64,000 bases of DNA from Heteronotia binoei (taxonomy: Eukaryota). Below are positions 34,901-48,611 of this stretch, one piece after another (position 1 is the stretch's first letter; each line of letters opens with the position of its first letter). The notes beneath the pieces were generated by a model. The model saw only the letters and a program-made list of their open reading frames with translations, searched no databases and was not told the DNA's origin. The DNA is taken from contig NC_083224.1 of NCBI RefSeq assembly GCF_032191835.1, positions 17,608,001 to 17,672,000 on the forward strand, in the 5' to 3' direction. The position numbers and the translations under genes are program-made.

Positions 34901-35221
34901 ATGCCAGAGAACTTGGTTCAGGACCCTGTGACCACAGATGGATGCAGCCAATGCTTCCGGCAGTTCTGTTACCAGGAGGCTGATGGGCCCCGAGAAGTTT
35001 GCAGCCGGCTCCACGGACTTTGCAACCAGTGGCTGGAGCCAGAGAGGCGCACCAAGAAGGAGATGGTGGACCTGGTGATCCTGGAGCAGTTCCTGGCCAT
35101 CCTGCCGCAGGAAGTGCAGGGCTGGGTGAGAGGATGCGGGCCAGAGAGCAGTTCCCAGGCAGTGGCCCTGGCCGAAGGTTTCCTCCTGAGTCAGGCGGAG
35201 GAGAAGAGGCAGGCACAGCAG
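34901..35221 (+). CDS. ZKSCAN-like gene 2, coding exon 1 (SCAN domain)
   Basis: SCAN motif nearly identical to gene 1; acceptor at 34740; the orthologous ATG reads ATT, so the first in-frame ATG is 34901; donor cag|gtgagg. Confidence 0.85.
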
Positions 35222-37518
35222 GTGAGGGGCTTTCAGTCACTTTGAGCCAGTTTGGTGTAGTGGTTAAGTGTGCAGACTCTGGGAGAACTGAGTATGATTC
35301 CCCACTCCTCCACTTGCAGGCCGTGGAATGGCCCCGGGTGGGGCATGGCTCTCGCAAGAGTTGTCCTAGAAAGGGCAACTTCTGGGAGAGCCCTCTCAGC
35401 CCCACCTACTTCACAGGTGTCTGTTGTGGGGGAAGAAGATATAGGAGATTCTAAGCTGCTCTGAGACTCTGATTCAGAGAGAAGGGCAGAGTATAAATCT
35501 GCAGTTTTCTGTTCAAGCAATGAATTTATCCTAAGCTTCCTGCCAGCATTTTCTGTGTGTGCGTTAACTGCTATCAAGTCATTTCTGACTTAAGGCTATC
35601 CTAGGAATGTTCTCTCGTTAACAGCCTTGCTCAGTTCTTGCAGACTGAGGGCCTTTGTGGCTTCCTTGATTGAGTCAATCCATCACGTTTGGTCTTCCTC
35701 TTTTCCTGTTGCGTTCAACTTTTCTAAGCATTATTGCTTTTTCCAGTGACTCCTGTTTTATCCTAATATCACCAAAATCCAATAGCCTCATTTGAGTCAT
35801 TTAACTTCCAGGGAAAGTTGAGTCTAGATTTGATCTAGAACCTGTTTGTTTATCTTTTTTGGCAGACCTCGGTATCTGTAGAAACTGTAAACGCTCCTTC
35901 ATCGGCACAGAAAATCAACTTTCTTCCTGTCAGCTTTCTTCCTTGTTCAGCTTTTTCTCACACGCATATAGTAATGAGGAATACTGTGGCTCAAATTAAC
36001 TTGATCTTGGTCACCAAGGACACATCCTTATGCTTAAAAACCTTTTCTGGCTCCCTCATGGTTACCCTTCTGAGACTCAGTCTCCTGATTTCTTCTTTGC
36101 AGTCTCCCTCTTGGTTGATGATGGACGCAAGGAACAGAAAATCATGAATGATTTCAGGTTCTTCATTATCAACCTTAAATTTCTGTGTAATTCCACACTA
36201 GTCATTTCTTTTGTCTTCCTGGTATTCAGCTGTCATCTTCCTTTAGCACGTTCTGCTTTAGCCTTCATGAGACATTATTTCTTGTCTTCACTACGTTCTG
36301 CCTCTAATGTGTCATCTGCATATCTCAGACTGTTAATGTTCCTCCCCCCAGTTTTCACCCCACCTTCATCTAAATCTAATCCATCTTTCCTTATGATATC
36401 TTCTCTTTTATAGATTGAGGAGACAGGGAGATAAAATATATCCTAGTCTAGCGCCTTAGCCAATTGGAAACCATTCTATGTGTCCGTATTCTGTCCAAAC
36501 AGTGGCCACTTGCCCAGAGTACAGGTTGTGCATCAAAACAGACATTGCAACGCACCCATTTCTTTTCAAACCAAGCATTGGTTTGGTTTTTTTTAACCCC
36601 TGCAGTCAAAAGCTTTGATGTTAGCTATGAATCACAAGCTGGTATTCTGAAATTCTCTCCTGTGTTCCATTAACCGATGTACATTTGCAGTATGATCTCA
36701 AGTGCCACTTCCTTTTGTGAATCCACCTGAAATGGAATATCTGGCGTTGCTCTTTCAATACGTGACAAAAGTCCTACTTGTTAATTTTATTTTATTCGAT
36801 TGTTGTGAAATGTCAAGCATCACGACTTGCATGAGGAATTAATGCAATGGTCTGATAGTTCCTACATTTCGGAACTGGAATGTGAAATGCGTGTTTCCAG
36901 TCTGTGAGCCCTTGTTTTGTTTCCATCTTTGTTAGCATATTCTTGTTATGATTTTGATGGACTCCTTTTGTGTGGCTTGAAATAACTCTTCTGATATCGC
37001 ATCTCCTCCTGGTGGTTTTTTTCTTCCAATTCTGCTTCGTGCAGCTTTACTTTCTAAAACTCTTACCTTCTGGTTCGAAAGGTTCTTGAAAGGATTTTGT
37101 CCTCCTTTCATCTCTTTATTTATCCTATCTGTATATCAAGATCATGGACTGCTGAATCTCACCATCGGACATATTGCACTTTATGATTTTTTTCTACTGT
37201 TTTAAATTGTTTTTGATTAGTTTATGGTGAACTGTGCCGGTTCGGCTCTTTCAAGCTGCCCTGAGCCTGCCTCAACGGGGAGGGCGGGATAGAAATTGAA
37301 CTAAAAATAAAATAAATATTGTTCCTCTCAGTTCTTAGATATTTTTACCTCTAGATGATTCACTGGGCTGTGAGGAAAACCCAAACCTAGTTCTTGCCCT
37401 TGTGGATAAAGCAGCCCTGGCGGTGGAGTCAGGGATGAGGAGTCTGGGAGTAGGTCCGGATCCATCTTTTCAGCCTGTTCCGTTCCTTCTCTTGCCCCTC
37501 TCCCTTGTTTTGTTCCAG

Positions 37519-37633
37519 GTGTGGGAGGGACCCGTGAAGGTGGAAGGAAGCTTCTCAGAGGTGGAAGGAGCTCCGTCAGAGGAAGGTCAGAGGGTGCAGG
37601 CCCAGGAGCGTGCCCAAGATGCCCCATCAAGTG
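37519..37633 (+). CDS. Gene 2 coding exon 2
   Basis: ttccag acceptor, 115 bp, VWEGPVKVEGSF..., g|gtaagg donor. Confidence 0.8.
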
Positions 37634-38887
37634 GTAAGGGGGCCTCCCGCCCAGAGGGGATTGGGGCTCTTGTTGGGCAGAAGTTTCGGTTCAGGAGAAA
37701 AGGGAAATACTTCTGCAGACCGCATAGATTGGTGTTCTGGGAAATAGTGCCATAGTATGTCATGATGGCCACTCCGCTTTAAGGGGAAATGTACCGATTG
37801 ATGGAGAGCTATTCCATTTGTTTTTACATTAATGGAAATATGCATATCTCTCCTTCCTTCCATTAGAAAGACTCAAGGTGGCTCAAAAAAGAAAAGGAAG
37901 ACAAAGTTGGGTGTAGCTATTAGGCTGATCAGGATGGCCCAAGACTCCCCAAGGTCATCAGATCTCAGAAGCTAAGAATAGTCAGCCCTGGTTAGTTTTT
38001 GGATTGGGAGACCTACAAAGAAATTCAGGGCTGCTGTGCAGAGACAGGCAATGGCTAAACACTTCTGAATGTCTCTTGCCTTGAGGAACTGAAGTCACCA
38101 TGTCAGCTGTGACTTGGCAGTACTTTAGACAGACAGGCAGACAGATACACATTCTGTTCTGGGGCAGCAAATCTTGGAAAACCCACTGTCAGAGGCCAGT
38201 AAGTTGGGCTCTGTGTGCCAGCTTAAAGACTTTTCAGGGGGCATCTCGGTGGCAACAGTCAGAAAGAGGATACTGGGTTAGGAATGCCAGGCCATGGCCT
38301 GGCCCCCCTGTGAGGTTTGAGGGCGGAGCAGGGGCTGAATATGGTGTCATTTTCTTGTCTCATCCAACCAAATACCTGAATATTAAGTCAGACTATCAGC
38401 AGACCCTCTGGAAACACATTGGCAGCACCCTAGAGTTTTAGCTGATGTGCTAAAAATCACATGGGTTTGGGATTGGATGTGTGCTGTCACATGGTTTCTA
38501 GTCACCTGTTTTTCTCCTGCCAGTCCAGGCTTCAGGATGGGTAAGAAGGCCCAGGAGGCGGGAGGATGTCATGCCTGGGCTTTTGGTCTGATCTAGCAGG
38601 AATACTGAAGCCATTGGAGCTCCAGGGCTCACAGGGCATATTTCAAGCCTCACAGAAGTCTGAAATGTGTTGGCAGTGTTTATAACCCCTTGAGGTTTGT
38701 AGCTACCTCAGGTTTGTTTTTCACCTCTCCACCAGGTTACTGAATCTTATTACAAAATCTTCTAGAGTGTAAAGAAGACAGGGTTTCACAACCTTGGGAA
38801 TTGGGATGCATAAGGAAGATTGAGACAAGCTAACTAGACAGGAATTTGAGGCTAAAATTCTTCTTTCCCATTTTGTCTCCCTTGCAG

Positions 38888-38958
38888 GCAGTGAAGAGAC
38901 GTTATTGAGCCCTTTTCTTTGCAGAGAAGTGGAAACGCCTCCTCAGCCTCTGGTGCAG
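38888..38958 (+). CDS. Gene 2 coding exon 3
   Basis: cttgcag acceptor, 71 bp, cag|gtaggg donor. Confidence 0.78.
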
Positions 38959-39124
38959 GTAGGGGAGGATGAATGGAGGATAGGCTGTCTGAGTAAGAAG
39001 GGCTCTGAACAGCCCTGCCGTTGCACATACTGAGTTTTGCCTCCTGCACCCTCACAAACTCCTCCTGTCAAGAGTGTCAAATCTCGGTGTGATTTGTGAT
39101 GAGGGAATCTGCTTCTTCTTTCAG

Positions 39125-39251
39125 TCCCTGTATTCCTTTGAGGAGGTGGCCGTGTATTTCACCATGGCAGAGTGGGACCTGCTGGATCCAGGCCAAAAAG
39201 CCCTCTACAGGGAAGTCATGCTGGAGAACTACGGGAGCGTGGCTTTTCTGG
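39125..39251 (+). CDS. Gene 2 coding exon 4 (KRAB-A)
   Basis: [42 protein letters not shown], 127 bp, canonical splice sites. Confidence 0.93.
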
Positions 39252-40379
39252 GTAAGGATCTTTTGTGGGTGCTAAAGGCGTGAATCACTCCCTTGAGATG
39301 ATGCATGAATCAACAGCAATGTATTTTTGTGAGGCCAGTGCAGGTAATTGGCCACCACTGGGTGCCTTGAGATGTTGGGGTGGCCATGAAAGTGATGTTC
39401 ATCCTGGCTAGGTAGAGCAGTGCAAGCCACCCTACTGATCCAGGGGCAGCTGAGGCTAGTTCTGTGGCCATCACCCAAGCCAGAAAGGGTGTCGTGGCCC
39501 GAGTCCAAGGCAGAGCGGAGACGGCCTCAGAAAGACTCTGGAAGGAGCCAGATCCTGATTTTGCAGTTGTCAGCCTTTACCTCATCCCCTTCCCCAGGTG
39601 GGATTTTGGCCATCCCCTCTGACTGTAATCTGGAAAAGATCCATCCCTTTTAGAGTGGTTAGCCTTGTGGGCTTTGATGGTTTGTTCCTTCCAGAAGAAA
39701 TTTTCCTCTTTCTTGGTTTATTTCCTTCTCTGTATAAAAATGATCCACACCCCCCCCCCCTTTTGTCTAAGAAGAGAGGAATGTAAGGTATGCTACACTG
39801 GAGACAGACCAAGGCCTTGCATCTGAAGAATGGCTGCAAAGTTTTTCCGGAAGATCTGAAGAGACTGTTTCCTTCCCCCAATCAACTGGCAGCAAGTGGG
39901 TATCCTTGTCAAGTTACGTCAAGCAAATTGAAAAGGAATCCCCAAGGGACCTTTCCTCTTCACTACTAAGCAGCTCTTGTTCTAGTAGAATTCCAAAGCC
40001 TGCTGAGTGAGGGGAGAGAGAGAGAGCGATACAACCCACTCCGCTTGTCTGGGGCAGCTGAGGCCAGTGTTGTGGCTGTCACCCAAGCCGGAGAGGATGT
40101 CATGAAAGGCAGGGCTGAGAGGGCCTCAGAAAGACTCTGGAAGGAACCAGATCCCAATTCCTCAGTTGTCAGCCTTTACAACATCCCCTTCCCCAGATGG
40201 GATTTTGGCTATCCGCTCTGACTGTAATCTGGAAAAGATCCGCCCGGCTTAGAGTGGTTAGCCTTGAGGTCTTTGATCTAGATTACGGTTCCATCCTTCC
40301 AGAAGAAATTTCCCACTTTAAATTAAATTAAAATCAAAAAGAGGTTTAAATCAAATCAAATTAAATTTTAAATTAAATC

Positions 40380-40626
40380 AAAATAGTTTCCGGCTCAACA
40401 TTAGGAAGAACTTCCTGACCTTTAGAGCGGTTCCTCAGTGGAACAGGCTTCCTCCTTGGGAGGTGGTGGGCTCTCCTTCCTTGGAGGTTTTTAAACAGAG
40501 ACCGGATGGCCATCTGACAGCAGTGAAGATTCTGTGAATTTAGGCGGAGGTATTTGTGAGTTTCCTGCATTGTGCAAGGGGTTGGACTAGATGACCCTAG
40601 AGGTCCCTTCCAACTCTTATGATTCT
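40380..40626 (+). mobile_element. CR1 3' fragments (further minus-strand copies near 49590-49840 and 54686-55030; single 67-bp tail near 34550-34620)
   Basis: FRLNIRKNFLTVRA.PQWNRL..EVVGSPSLEVFKQRLD; tail gtcccttccaactct(t)atgattct. Confidence 0.85.
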
Positions 40627-41484
40627 TCCTTGGACTTCTTTCCTTCCCCATATAAAAATGATCCATCCCCCCACCCCCTCTCTGTCTTTCTAAAGGATAC
40701 CTATTTGCTGCCAGTTTATTAGGGAAGGAAATAGTCTCTTTAGATCTTGTGGACAAACTCTGCAGCCATTCTTCAGATGCAAGGCCCTGGTCTGTCTCCA
40801 GCATAGGATCTCTTACCTTCCTGGCTTCTTAATGGGCCACAAATAGCAAGAAAATGCTTCTGTCCTTGAGAAAGGGGCTGTTTCTCTCATCGGTTGTTAC
40901 CTGCCCCACCTAAAACCGTAGGGGTCCCCCTCTGCACTGTGGGGTTCACTTAGTTATATTCTGGTTAGATCCACAAAAAAGGTGTATTTGGGGGAGGCTG
41001 GAAACCAGCTCTTCACAACTAGAAGGAAACTCTCAGTGCAGTTGCATTTATTTATTTATTTTGTAGGCTTCTATTCTGCCCTTTCCCGTAGACAGGCTCA
41101 GGGTGGGTCACAACTTAAATAATTAAAAACCTACTGAATTAAAACCAGAAATAATACAATAAGATAAAAGTTGTAGGACTGGATTTCATGAGAACTTCTT
41201 GTATCTCACCGTCAAGAGCAGAGAGTCAAAAGAGCTGCACGGCAAGTCTAATGGGAGCAGCAAGGGAATAATTCTTTGCCACCTTCCCCCTTAAAATACA
41301 TTTGGGGAGAGGAGGGATGGGCAGAATATCAAAACAGCTTTCCAGAATGGATAAGGTGTGAACAGCAGTTCAGTTTGGTAGGAAAGAAGATCTTATAAAA
41401 GAAATGCAGACCCAGGAGTGAGGAGTGCCTGACTGGTGGCTTGACTTCTTGCATGGGTGCTGATGGAAACTCTCTTTATTCCAG

Positions 41485-41604
41485 CAGCAGATGTAGAGGA
41501 GACAACTGGGGAATTCCAGGGGTTCTCTTTGGAAATAGTCAAGAATGAAGATGCTGAAGAAAACTCTGGAGATGGACCACAGAGGCAGGAGGAAAGCCAC
41601 GCAG
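41485..41604 (+). CDS. Gene 2 coding exon 5
   Basis: tttattccag acceptor, 120 bp, gcag|gtaaga donor. Confidence 0.72.
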
Positions 41605-42214
41605 GTAAGAGGAGGGATAAGCCCATTCCTTGCCAAAGAGGGGTCCTCCCTGAAACCCCAGTCCATGAAGGAAGGTCAGACAACAAAAGAAAGAACAAAG
41701 GTCTCCGTGTGAACCAGAGAATCCACTGCAGGGAAAAGGGAAATGAAAGTGTGGCATTTGCAAAGAGCATCTGTCAGAGAATGAATGTCATTTAGTAGAC
41801 ACTTAATTCCCTTAAGAGAGCAATTACATAATTGCATGAAGTACAGAAACAATTTCCATTATAACACAACCCTTTCTTCATATCCAAGAAGTTACACAGG
41901 TGGGGAGCCATAAAAATAATAAGAGTCCCAACCAAGTGTCTCTGATGCAGGAAGCTTAATGTACTTTCAAAGTGTATATTATACTTCAGTGTACAACAGG
42001 AAGAAGGCTCTGAAATATTTGGATCGTAGATAATTTAATTTAATTGTTCAATTTATACCCCGCCCTATCCTGCAAGCGGGCTCGGCGGCTTACAACATTA
42101 AAACAAAATTAAAATGCATTACTCCAAAACATCATCGGCACAAAAATAAAACTTTAGGAGCACATCAGACCTCTTTGTGTGGATTCTAACAGGAGATCTC
42201 TCTCTTTATTCCAG

Positions 42215-43977
42215 CAGGAGGTGATCAGAGGAATGAGGAGGATGAGGAACTGCATCATGTATCACCAGAGGATGTCAAGAATGAAGATGTGAGAAGAAAC
42301 ATCAGGATACAAAGCAAGTCTCAGAGGCAGAAAGTCAGGCGGAGAGTGAAGAAGGGGGATAAATCTGTTCCTTGCCAGGGGGGGAATTTCCAGGAAGTAA
42401 TTCACATGTTGGAGGAAACCTACAAGTGCTTGGAGTGTGGAATGAACTTCTCAGATCAAACCCAATATAATGTCCATTTGGGAATGCACATTGGAAAGAA
42501 GAACCATCAGTGCCTGGAATACGGAAAGGAAATGATTCATAGAGCAGAGTTCCTTAGACATCTTAGGGCACATACAGGAGACAAACCTTATACCTGCACA
42601 GATTGTGGCAAGAGTTTCTCACAGAAATCAGACCTTTTTCAACATCACAGAATTCATTCAGGAGAGAAGCCCTTTATCTATTTCAAGAATGGAATTATGT
42701 TTTTTGCTGGAAAAAAGTGCAAAATGCAAATTCCAAAGCACAGCATAATGAAGACATGTAAATGCTTTCAGTGTGGAAAATACTTCAGATACAAATCAAA
42801 GCTTCTTTTGCACCAAAGGATCCACATAGGGGAGCAACTATTTGAATGCACAGAGTGTGGAAAGAGATTCCATCAGAGTTCCCTTAAAAAACATCAAAGG
42901 ACTCACGCAGGAAAGAAGCCCTTTGAATGCTCAGAGTGTGGGAAGAGATTCAGTCAGAGTGGCCATCTTCAGTGTCATTTTAGAACTCACACAGGGGAGA
43001 AGCCTTTTGAATGCTCAGAGTGTGGGAAGAGATTCAGTCAGAATAGCGATCTTCAAAAGCATCAAAGAACCCACACGGGGGAGAAGCCTTTTGAATGCTC
43101 AGAGTGTGGGATGAGATTCAGCCGCAGTGGCCATCTTCAGCGTCATTTTAGAACCCACACAGGGGAGAAGCCTTTTGAATGCTCAGAGTGTGGGAAGAAA
43201 TTCAGTCATAGTAGCAGTCTTCAAAGTCATCAAAGAACCCACACCGGAGAGATGCCTTTTGAATGCTCAGAATGTGGGAAGAGATTCAGTCTGAGTAGCA
43301 GTCTTCAAAAACATCTAGGAACCCACACAGGAGAGAAGCCTTTTGAATGCTCACAGTGTGGGAAGAGATTCAGTCTGAGTAGCAATCTTCAAATTCATCT
43401 AAGAATCCACACAGGGGAGAAGCCTTTTGAATGCTCAGAGTGTGGGAAGAGATTCAGACAAAGTAGCGCTCTTCAAAGTCATCTAAGAATCCACACAGGA
43501 GAGAAGCTTTTCGAATGCTCAGAGTGTGGGAAGAGATTCAGCCGCAGTGGCCATCTTCAAAATCATCTAAGAACCCACACAGGAGAGAAGCCTTTTGAAT
43601 GTTCAGAGTGTGGGAAGAGATTCACTCACAGTAGTAATCTTCTAAAACATCAAAGAACCCACACAGGGGAGAAGCCTTATGAATGCTCAGTGTGTGGGAG
43701 GACATTCAGCCAAAGTGGCCATTTTCAAAGTCATCTAAGAACCCACACAGGAGAGAAGCCTTTTGAATGCTCAGCGTGTGGGAAGAGATTCAGTCACAGT
43801 AGCAATCTTTTAAAACATCAAAGAACACACACAGGGGAGAAGCCTTATGAATGCTCAGAGTGTGGGAGGCGATTCAGCCAAAGTGGCCATCTTCAAAGTC
43901 ATCGAAGAACCCACACAAAGGAGAAGCCTTTTAACTGCTCAGTGTGGAAAGATATTCAGCCACAGTGGCCATCTTAA
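42215..43977 (+). CDS. Gene 2 terminal exon, C2H2 array (16 fingers, one with shortened spacing)
   Basis: tttattccag acceptor in frame with ORF 42289-43977; ends via a frameshift at [16 protein letters not shown]. Confidence 0.93.
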
Positions 43978-46969
43978 AAGTCATCTAAGAACCCATCCAG
44001 GGGAAAAGCCTTTTGAAATCTCAGAATGTGGGAAGAGATTCAGCCAGCGTAGCACTCTTCAAAAGCATTAACTCACACATTGGAGAAGCCTTTTCAGTGC
44101 TCAGCGTGTAGGAAGAGATTTAGCCACAGTGATCTTCAGCGTCATTTACACAGGGGAGAAACCTTTTGAATGCTCAGAGTGTGGGAAGAGATTCAGAGTG
44201 GCGCTCTTCAAAGTCATCTAAGAACTCATACAGGGGAGAAGCTTTTTGAGTTTTATAAAATTTTATTAAATGTTCTGTTACAGGGAGGGGAAGAGGAAAC
44301 CTAAAAGAGATTGGGGGAGAGAGCACGTATCTTTTCCATTTCCATTTTCCTTTCAGTTTATCAATTAACATTTACTATCGTAGATATAATAAAAGCTGAA
44401 CGTGTTGGCTCGATCCTCAATTTGTATTGGAAGTGTGGCTACCGCAGGAGTGGCCTTGCACTCAACCTGTCACCTCTCCTCCCTGTCATTGGGTAGCCTT
44501 GCTGTGACCCGCCTACTGCAGGCCCTGTCAGGCCAGAACCCCATCAGTCAGCCCCTGACCTCTGACAAAGACAGTTGTCTGCTGAGAGGTTTTCCTGGAG
44601 CCTTACTGATTACTACTGCCTTTCCTCTGTCCATCTCCCCGCCCCAAAACAATGCTGTCACCATTTTGCCACCTCCAACTAACACTGCCCAGTATGCTCC
44701 CCCCCGCCCCTACAGTTTGGGAGGTGAGGTATTTATAAATATGCCAGAAAATCCTCCTTATGGGGCAGTATTCCACCTCTTCGTTTAAACTTTACAGCAC
44801 AGTGTGTGGTTGAATCCAGTGTGAACTAATATGTGGCACACGTACTTGCTTAAGTAACATGGAACATCATTTAATAATTATATATATGGAAGCAAACTGA
44901 CAGAAAACAGTTAAATCTCTTCAACACAAAGGGAATGTTCCATCACAACAGGGGGAGGGGCAGTTCAGCAGAACAGATAAACAGGCTCTCTATACTCTAT
45001 ATTCTCTATATTCAAGAGGCAGGAAGCCATTTAATAATAATATTTAGTTTGTATCCCGCCTTCCCCGCTGAAGCAGGCTCAGGGCGGCTCACATAGCATA
45101 ACATAAGATACAACATTAGAATAATAAAAGCACACTGGTTACACAACATATTACATAATACAATTCACTAATTTAACCGCCTCCTGCAAGTGGGAGGGGG
45201 TGAAAGGCAGACTTCTAATGGCTGGCTGCCTGTTTGCCTGTCTTGCTGTTACTTCTCTGTCTCCCTGTCTTCTTTCCTTCCCCTTTATTTTATTCCTTTC
45301 CTCCAAACTTTAACATAACTCTCACTTCATTCATTCCTCTCATTCTTTCTCTGTCTTTGTCTTTTTCTTTCATTCTATCTTCCTTCTTTTTACTTCTCTC
45401 ACAGACCTCATTTTGGGCAGGATGGGAGTAAGATGACAATTATAATTCAAGCAGCATGTTAGAATAGATGCTGAGCTAATATAATTTAGTACACCTGAAG
45501 ATGTCAGGGATGTGTGGTATATGGAAAGTTATGCAAATGAATTGTGCCAGTGAGCTCTGGCATCTCTTCTACAAAATGACCTGTGCTTTCACTCCTTCCC
45601 CCCCCTCATTTTTCTACCTCCCTTCTGTTCTTTTTCTTCATTCTTTCTCGGTATCTTTGTATTTCTGTCTTTTTATTTCATTCTGGCAGTGATCACACAC
45701 ACTAAATAGTGCTCTTTCAATTAGGGTTGCCAAGTCCAGTTCAAGAAATATCTGGGGACTTTGGGCATGGGATCAGGAGACTTTGGAGGTAGGAGGCATC
45801 AGGGTGGAGACAGGAGCAAAGTTGTGACCAGCACAGTTGAACTCTGAAGGGAGTTATGACCATCACATTTAAAGGGACTGTGCTTTTAAATGCCTTCCCT
45901 TCATTGGCAATATGATAGGGGCACCTTCTTTTGGGGCTCATTGAATTGGACCCCCTGGTCCAATCTCTTTGAAACTTGAAGGGTGTTTTGAGGAGAGGCA
46001 CCAGATGCTATGTTGCAAATTTGGTGCCTCTACCTCAAAATTTACAACCGTGAACTTTCTAACTGGATTTTACTGTGTGAACTGGCAAGATCCAGATGGA
46101 AAGTGCTTTGAAACTGCTTTGTTTAACGTGTGTGATTATAGCCTATGTCCGTCTACCTTCCTTTCATATCTCCTTGGCTGTTTCTACACAACAAAAAATC
46201 CTGTCTGTGCATATTTAAAAGCAATTGTTTACATTGCATATCGCTGTTGCTTCTGTCTTGCTTTGCAATTTCTAAAAGTCTTCTACTTTTTTTTTTTGAA
46301 TGGCAATGAAAATGCTATTCTGGAGTTGCCCTGCAGTTCCCAAGAGTACTTTTGAACAGGCGTTTCCCTGAACATCCATCGTAGAACTTTCCCTCCGAGT
46401 TTTAAAGCTCCTCCCCAAAGCCCCATCTATCATTCACTTGCAAGAGCACTGATTCTGGAAGTCACTAGGTGTGCTGCTCAGAAGTCCGGGCTGCAGACAC
46501 CTTCAAGGCAAAGGCAGCTGGGCGGGGCAACTGTGCAGCTTCTCCCGAGCCAGGCTTCCTTTGTAAGGGAGACGCAACTCAGAGGAGAATGTGCCCTGCC
46601 CCACTTCAAGGTGAACACAGAAGGGCTTTGAACCTGAGTCTCCCAGATTCTAGCCCAGGAATTCCAAAGATACCGCCCGCAGGGTGGATCGGTATCCTTA
46701 AGGCCTCAGATCCTTCTTGCGAGCAACGTGCTCTCTTGCTCCCTTTGCTGCGGCTGCCGCCGCCACTGTTTTGCAGCTGGCTTTTGCCCAGCTCGCTCTT
46801 CCTGGTTCCTACTTCATGCGGGAGAGATCCAAGCGAAGCCTCCCATGCCTGCATTGGCTGTGCACTCCTCTTTGGGGAGAATGGGAGGGGGAGAGAAGGC
46901 AAAAATGAAAGGGAGTGCTTGTGCAGGAGAAAGAGTAAAGCTTGACTACCGTGGTTCCTTTAAGACCAG

Positions 46970-47570
46970 CAACATAAGAGAAGCCATGTTGGATCAGGCC
47001 AATGGCCCATCCAGTCCAACACTCTGTGTCACATAAGAACATAAGAGAAGCCATGTTGGATCAGGCCAATGGCCCATCCAGTCCAACACTCTCTGTCACA
47101 TAAGAACATAAGAGAAGCCATGTTAAATCCGGCCAATGGCCCATCCAGTCCAACACTCTGTGTCACATAAGAACATAAGAGAAGCCATGTTGGATCAGGC
47201 CAATGGCCCATCCAGTCCAACACTCTGTGTCACATAAGAACATAAGAGAAGCCATGTTGGATCAGGCCAATGGCCCACCCAGTCCAACACTCTGTGTCAC
47301 ATAAGAACATAAGAGGAGCCATGTTGGATCAGGCCAATGGCCCATCCAGTCCAACACTCTGTGTCACATAAGAACATAAGAGGAGCCATGTTGGATCAGG
47401 CCAATGGCCCATCCAGTCCAACACTCTGTGTCACATAAGAACATAAGAGAAGCCATGTTGGATCAGGCCAATGGCCCATCCAGTCCAACACTGTGTGTCA
47501 CACAGTGGCCAAAAAAATTATATATATACACACACACACTGTGGCTAATAGCCACTGATGGACCTCTGCT
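46970..47570 (-). repeat. 8 tandem copies of the same 67-bp CR1 3' unit plus short CR1 3' UTR stub
   Basis: Period-67 units at 46970-47502; absent from the paralogous site near 30818 (ggaccagc aaagttttattt). Confidence 0.93.
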
Positions 47571-47729
47571 CAATGTTTTATTTCTGGTATAAGCTTTCAT
47601 TCTTCATCTTTCCCCCCCTTTCAATTTTTGCATTTTGTGACCCATATCCACTGTCCAGTCACAGACTGTGGCCATAGCTACAGATGGCACTGCAAACATT
47701 CACGAGGGTCCCTTTAAAATCATCTAGAC

Positions 47730-48069
47730 CAGGGATGGCCAAATTTGCTTAATGTAAGAGCCACAACGAATAAATGTCAGATGTCTGAGAGCCACAAGAC
47801 ATGAACATCAGATGTTTGAGAGCCATATATCAGGAAGGGAGGAAGGAAGGAAAATAGATGGGGGAGGGAGCGGGAGGAAGAGGTAGAAAGAAAGCAACTT
47901 CAACTTTAAATACATTCTCCAAGCTGCTGGCTGGCTCGGCTTGGAGAAGTCATTTGAAGAGAGAAATGCCTTCTCCATGCTGGCCAACAGGGTGGTGGGG
48001 GCTTCAAGAGCCACACAATATGTGTGAAAGAGCCGCATGTGGCTCCCAAGCCGCAGTTTGGCCACCCCG
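47730..48069. mobile_element. hAT MITE
   Basis: TIR cagggatggccaaa...tttggccaccccg; 8-bp TSD atctagac; empty site near 30975. Confidence 0.85.
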
Positions 48070-48611
48070 ATCTAGACCCAGCTTTCACACAGCCCCCCTT
48101 TTTCTTAACCTTCCCCACTGCCTCCTGTTTGTGCACCTCTGGCCAGCTGCCTTGGGTGACAGTAAAGGAGGAACTTTTTGGTCTAAACGTCAGAAGAGAT
48201 CACATTCTATACCAGCAAATCCCTTCCTGGAAAATTCATTAAGAATATGGGATATGCTAGGGAAGTGGATTGCGCCGGGTATTTCTCTAATATGTAGCTT
48301 TTTTAACCAATATTGGTCCCCACAATTCATTAAGGCTAGCTCTAGCCATCCGTGGGGGATTAAGGGGTTGGATAGAATTGGATTCAACAGAATAATAATA
48401 TTACTAAGGAACAAGCAGAAGAGAAATTAGGAGGTAATATCAATTGGTATCAATACCTTCAAGTTCAGAATATGGTTCGCTCTCTTCGGAGGAAAGAAAC
48501 CATTAGATATAAATTGACGTCATTTGAAGTCCTGCTTAAAGAGGAGGGCATTGGCAAGAAATGTTTGCTTTCTAAAATATATAATTATTTAGTTGACTCC
48601 ATTCATGTAGA

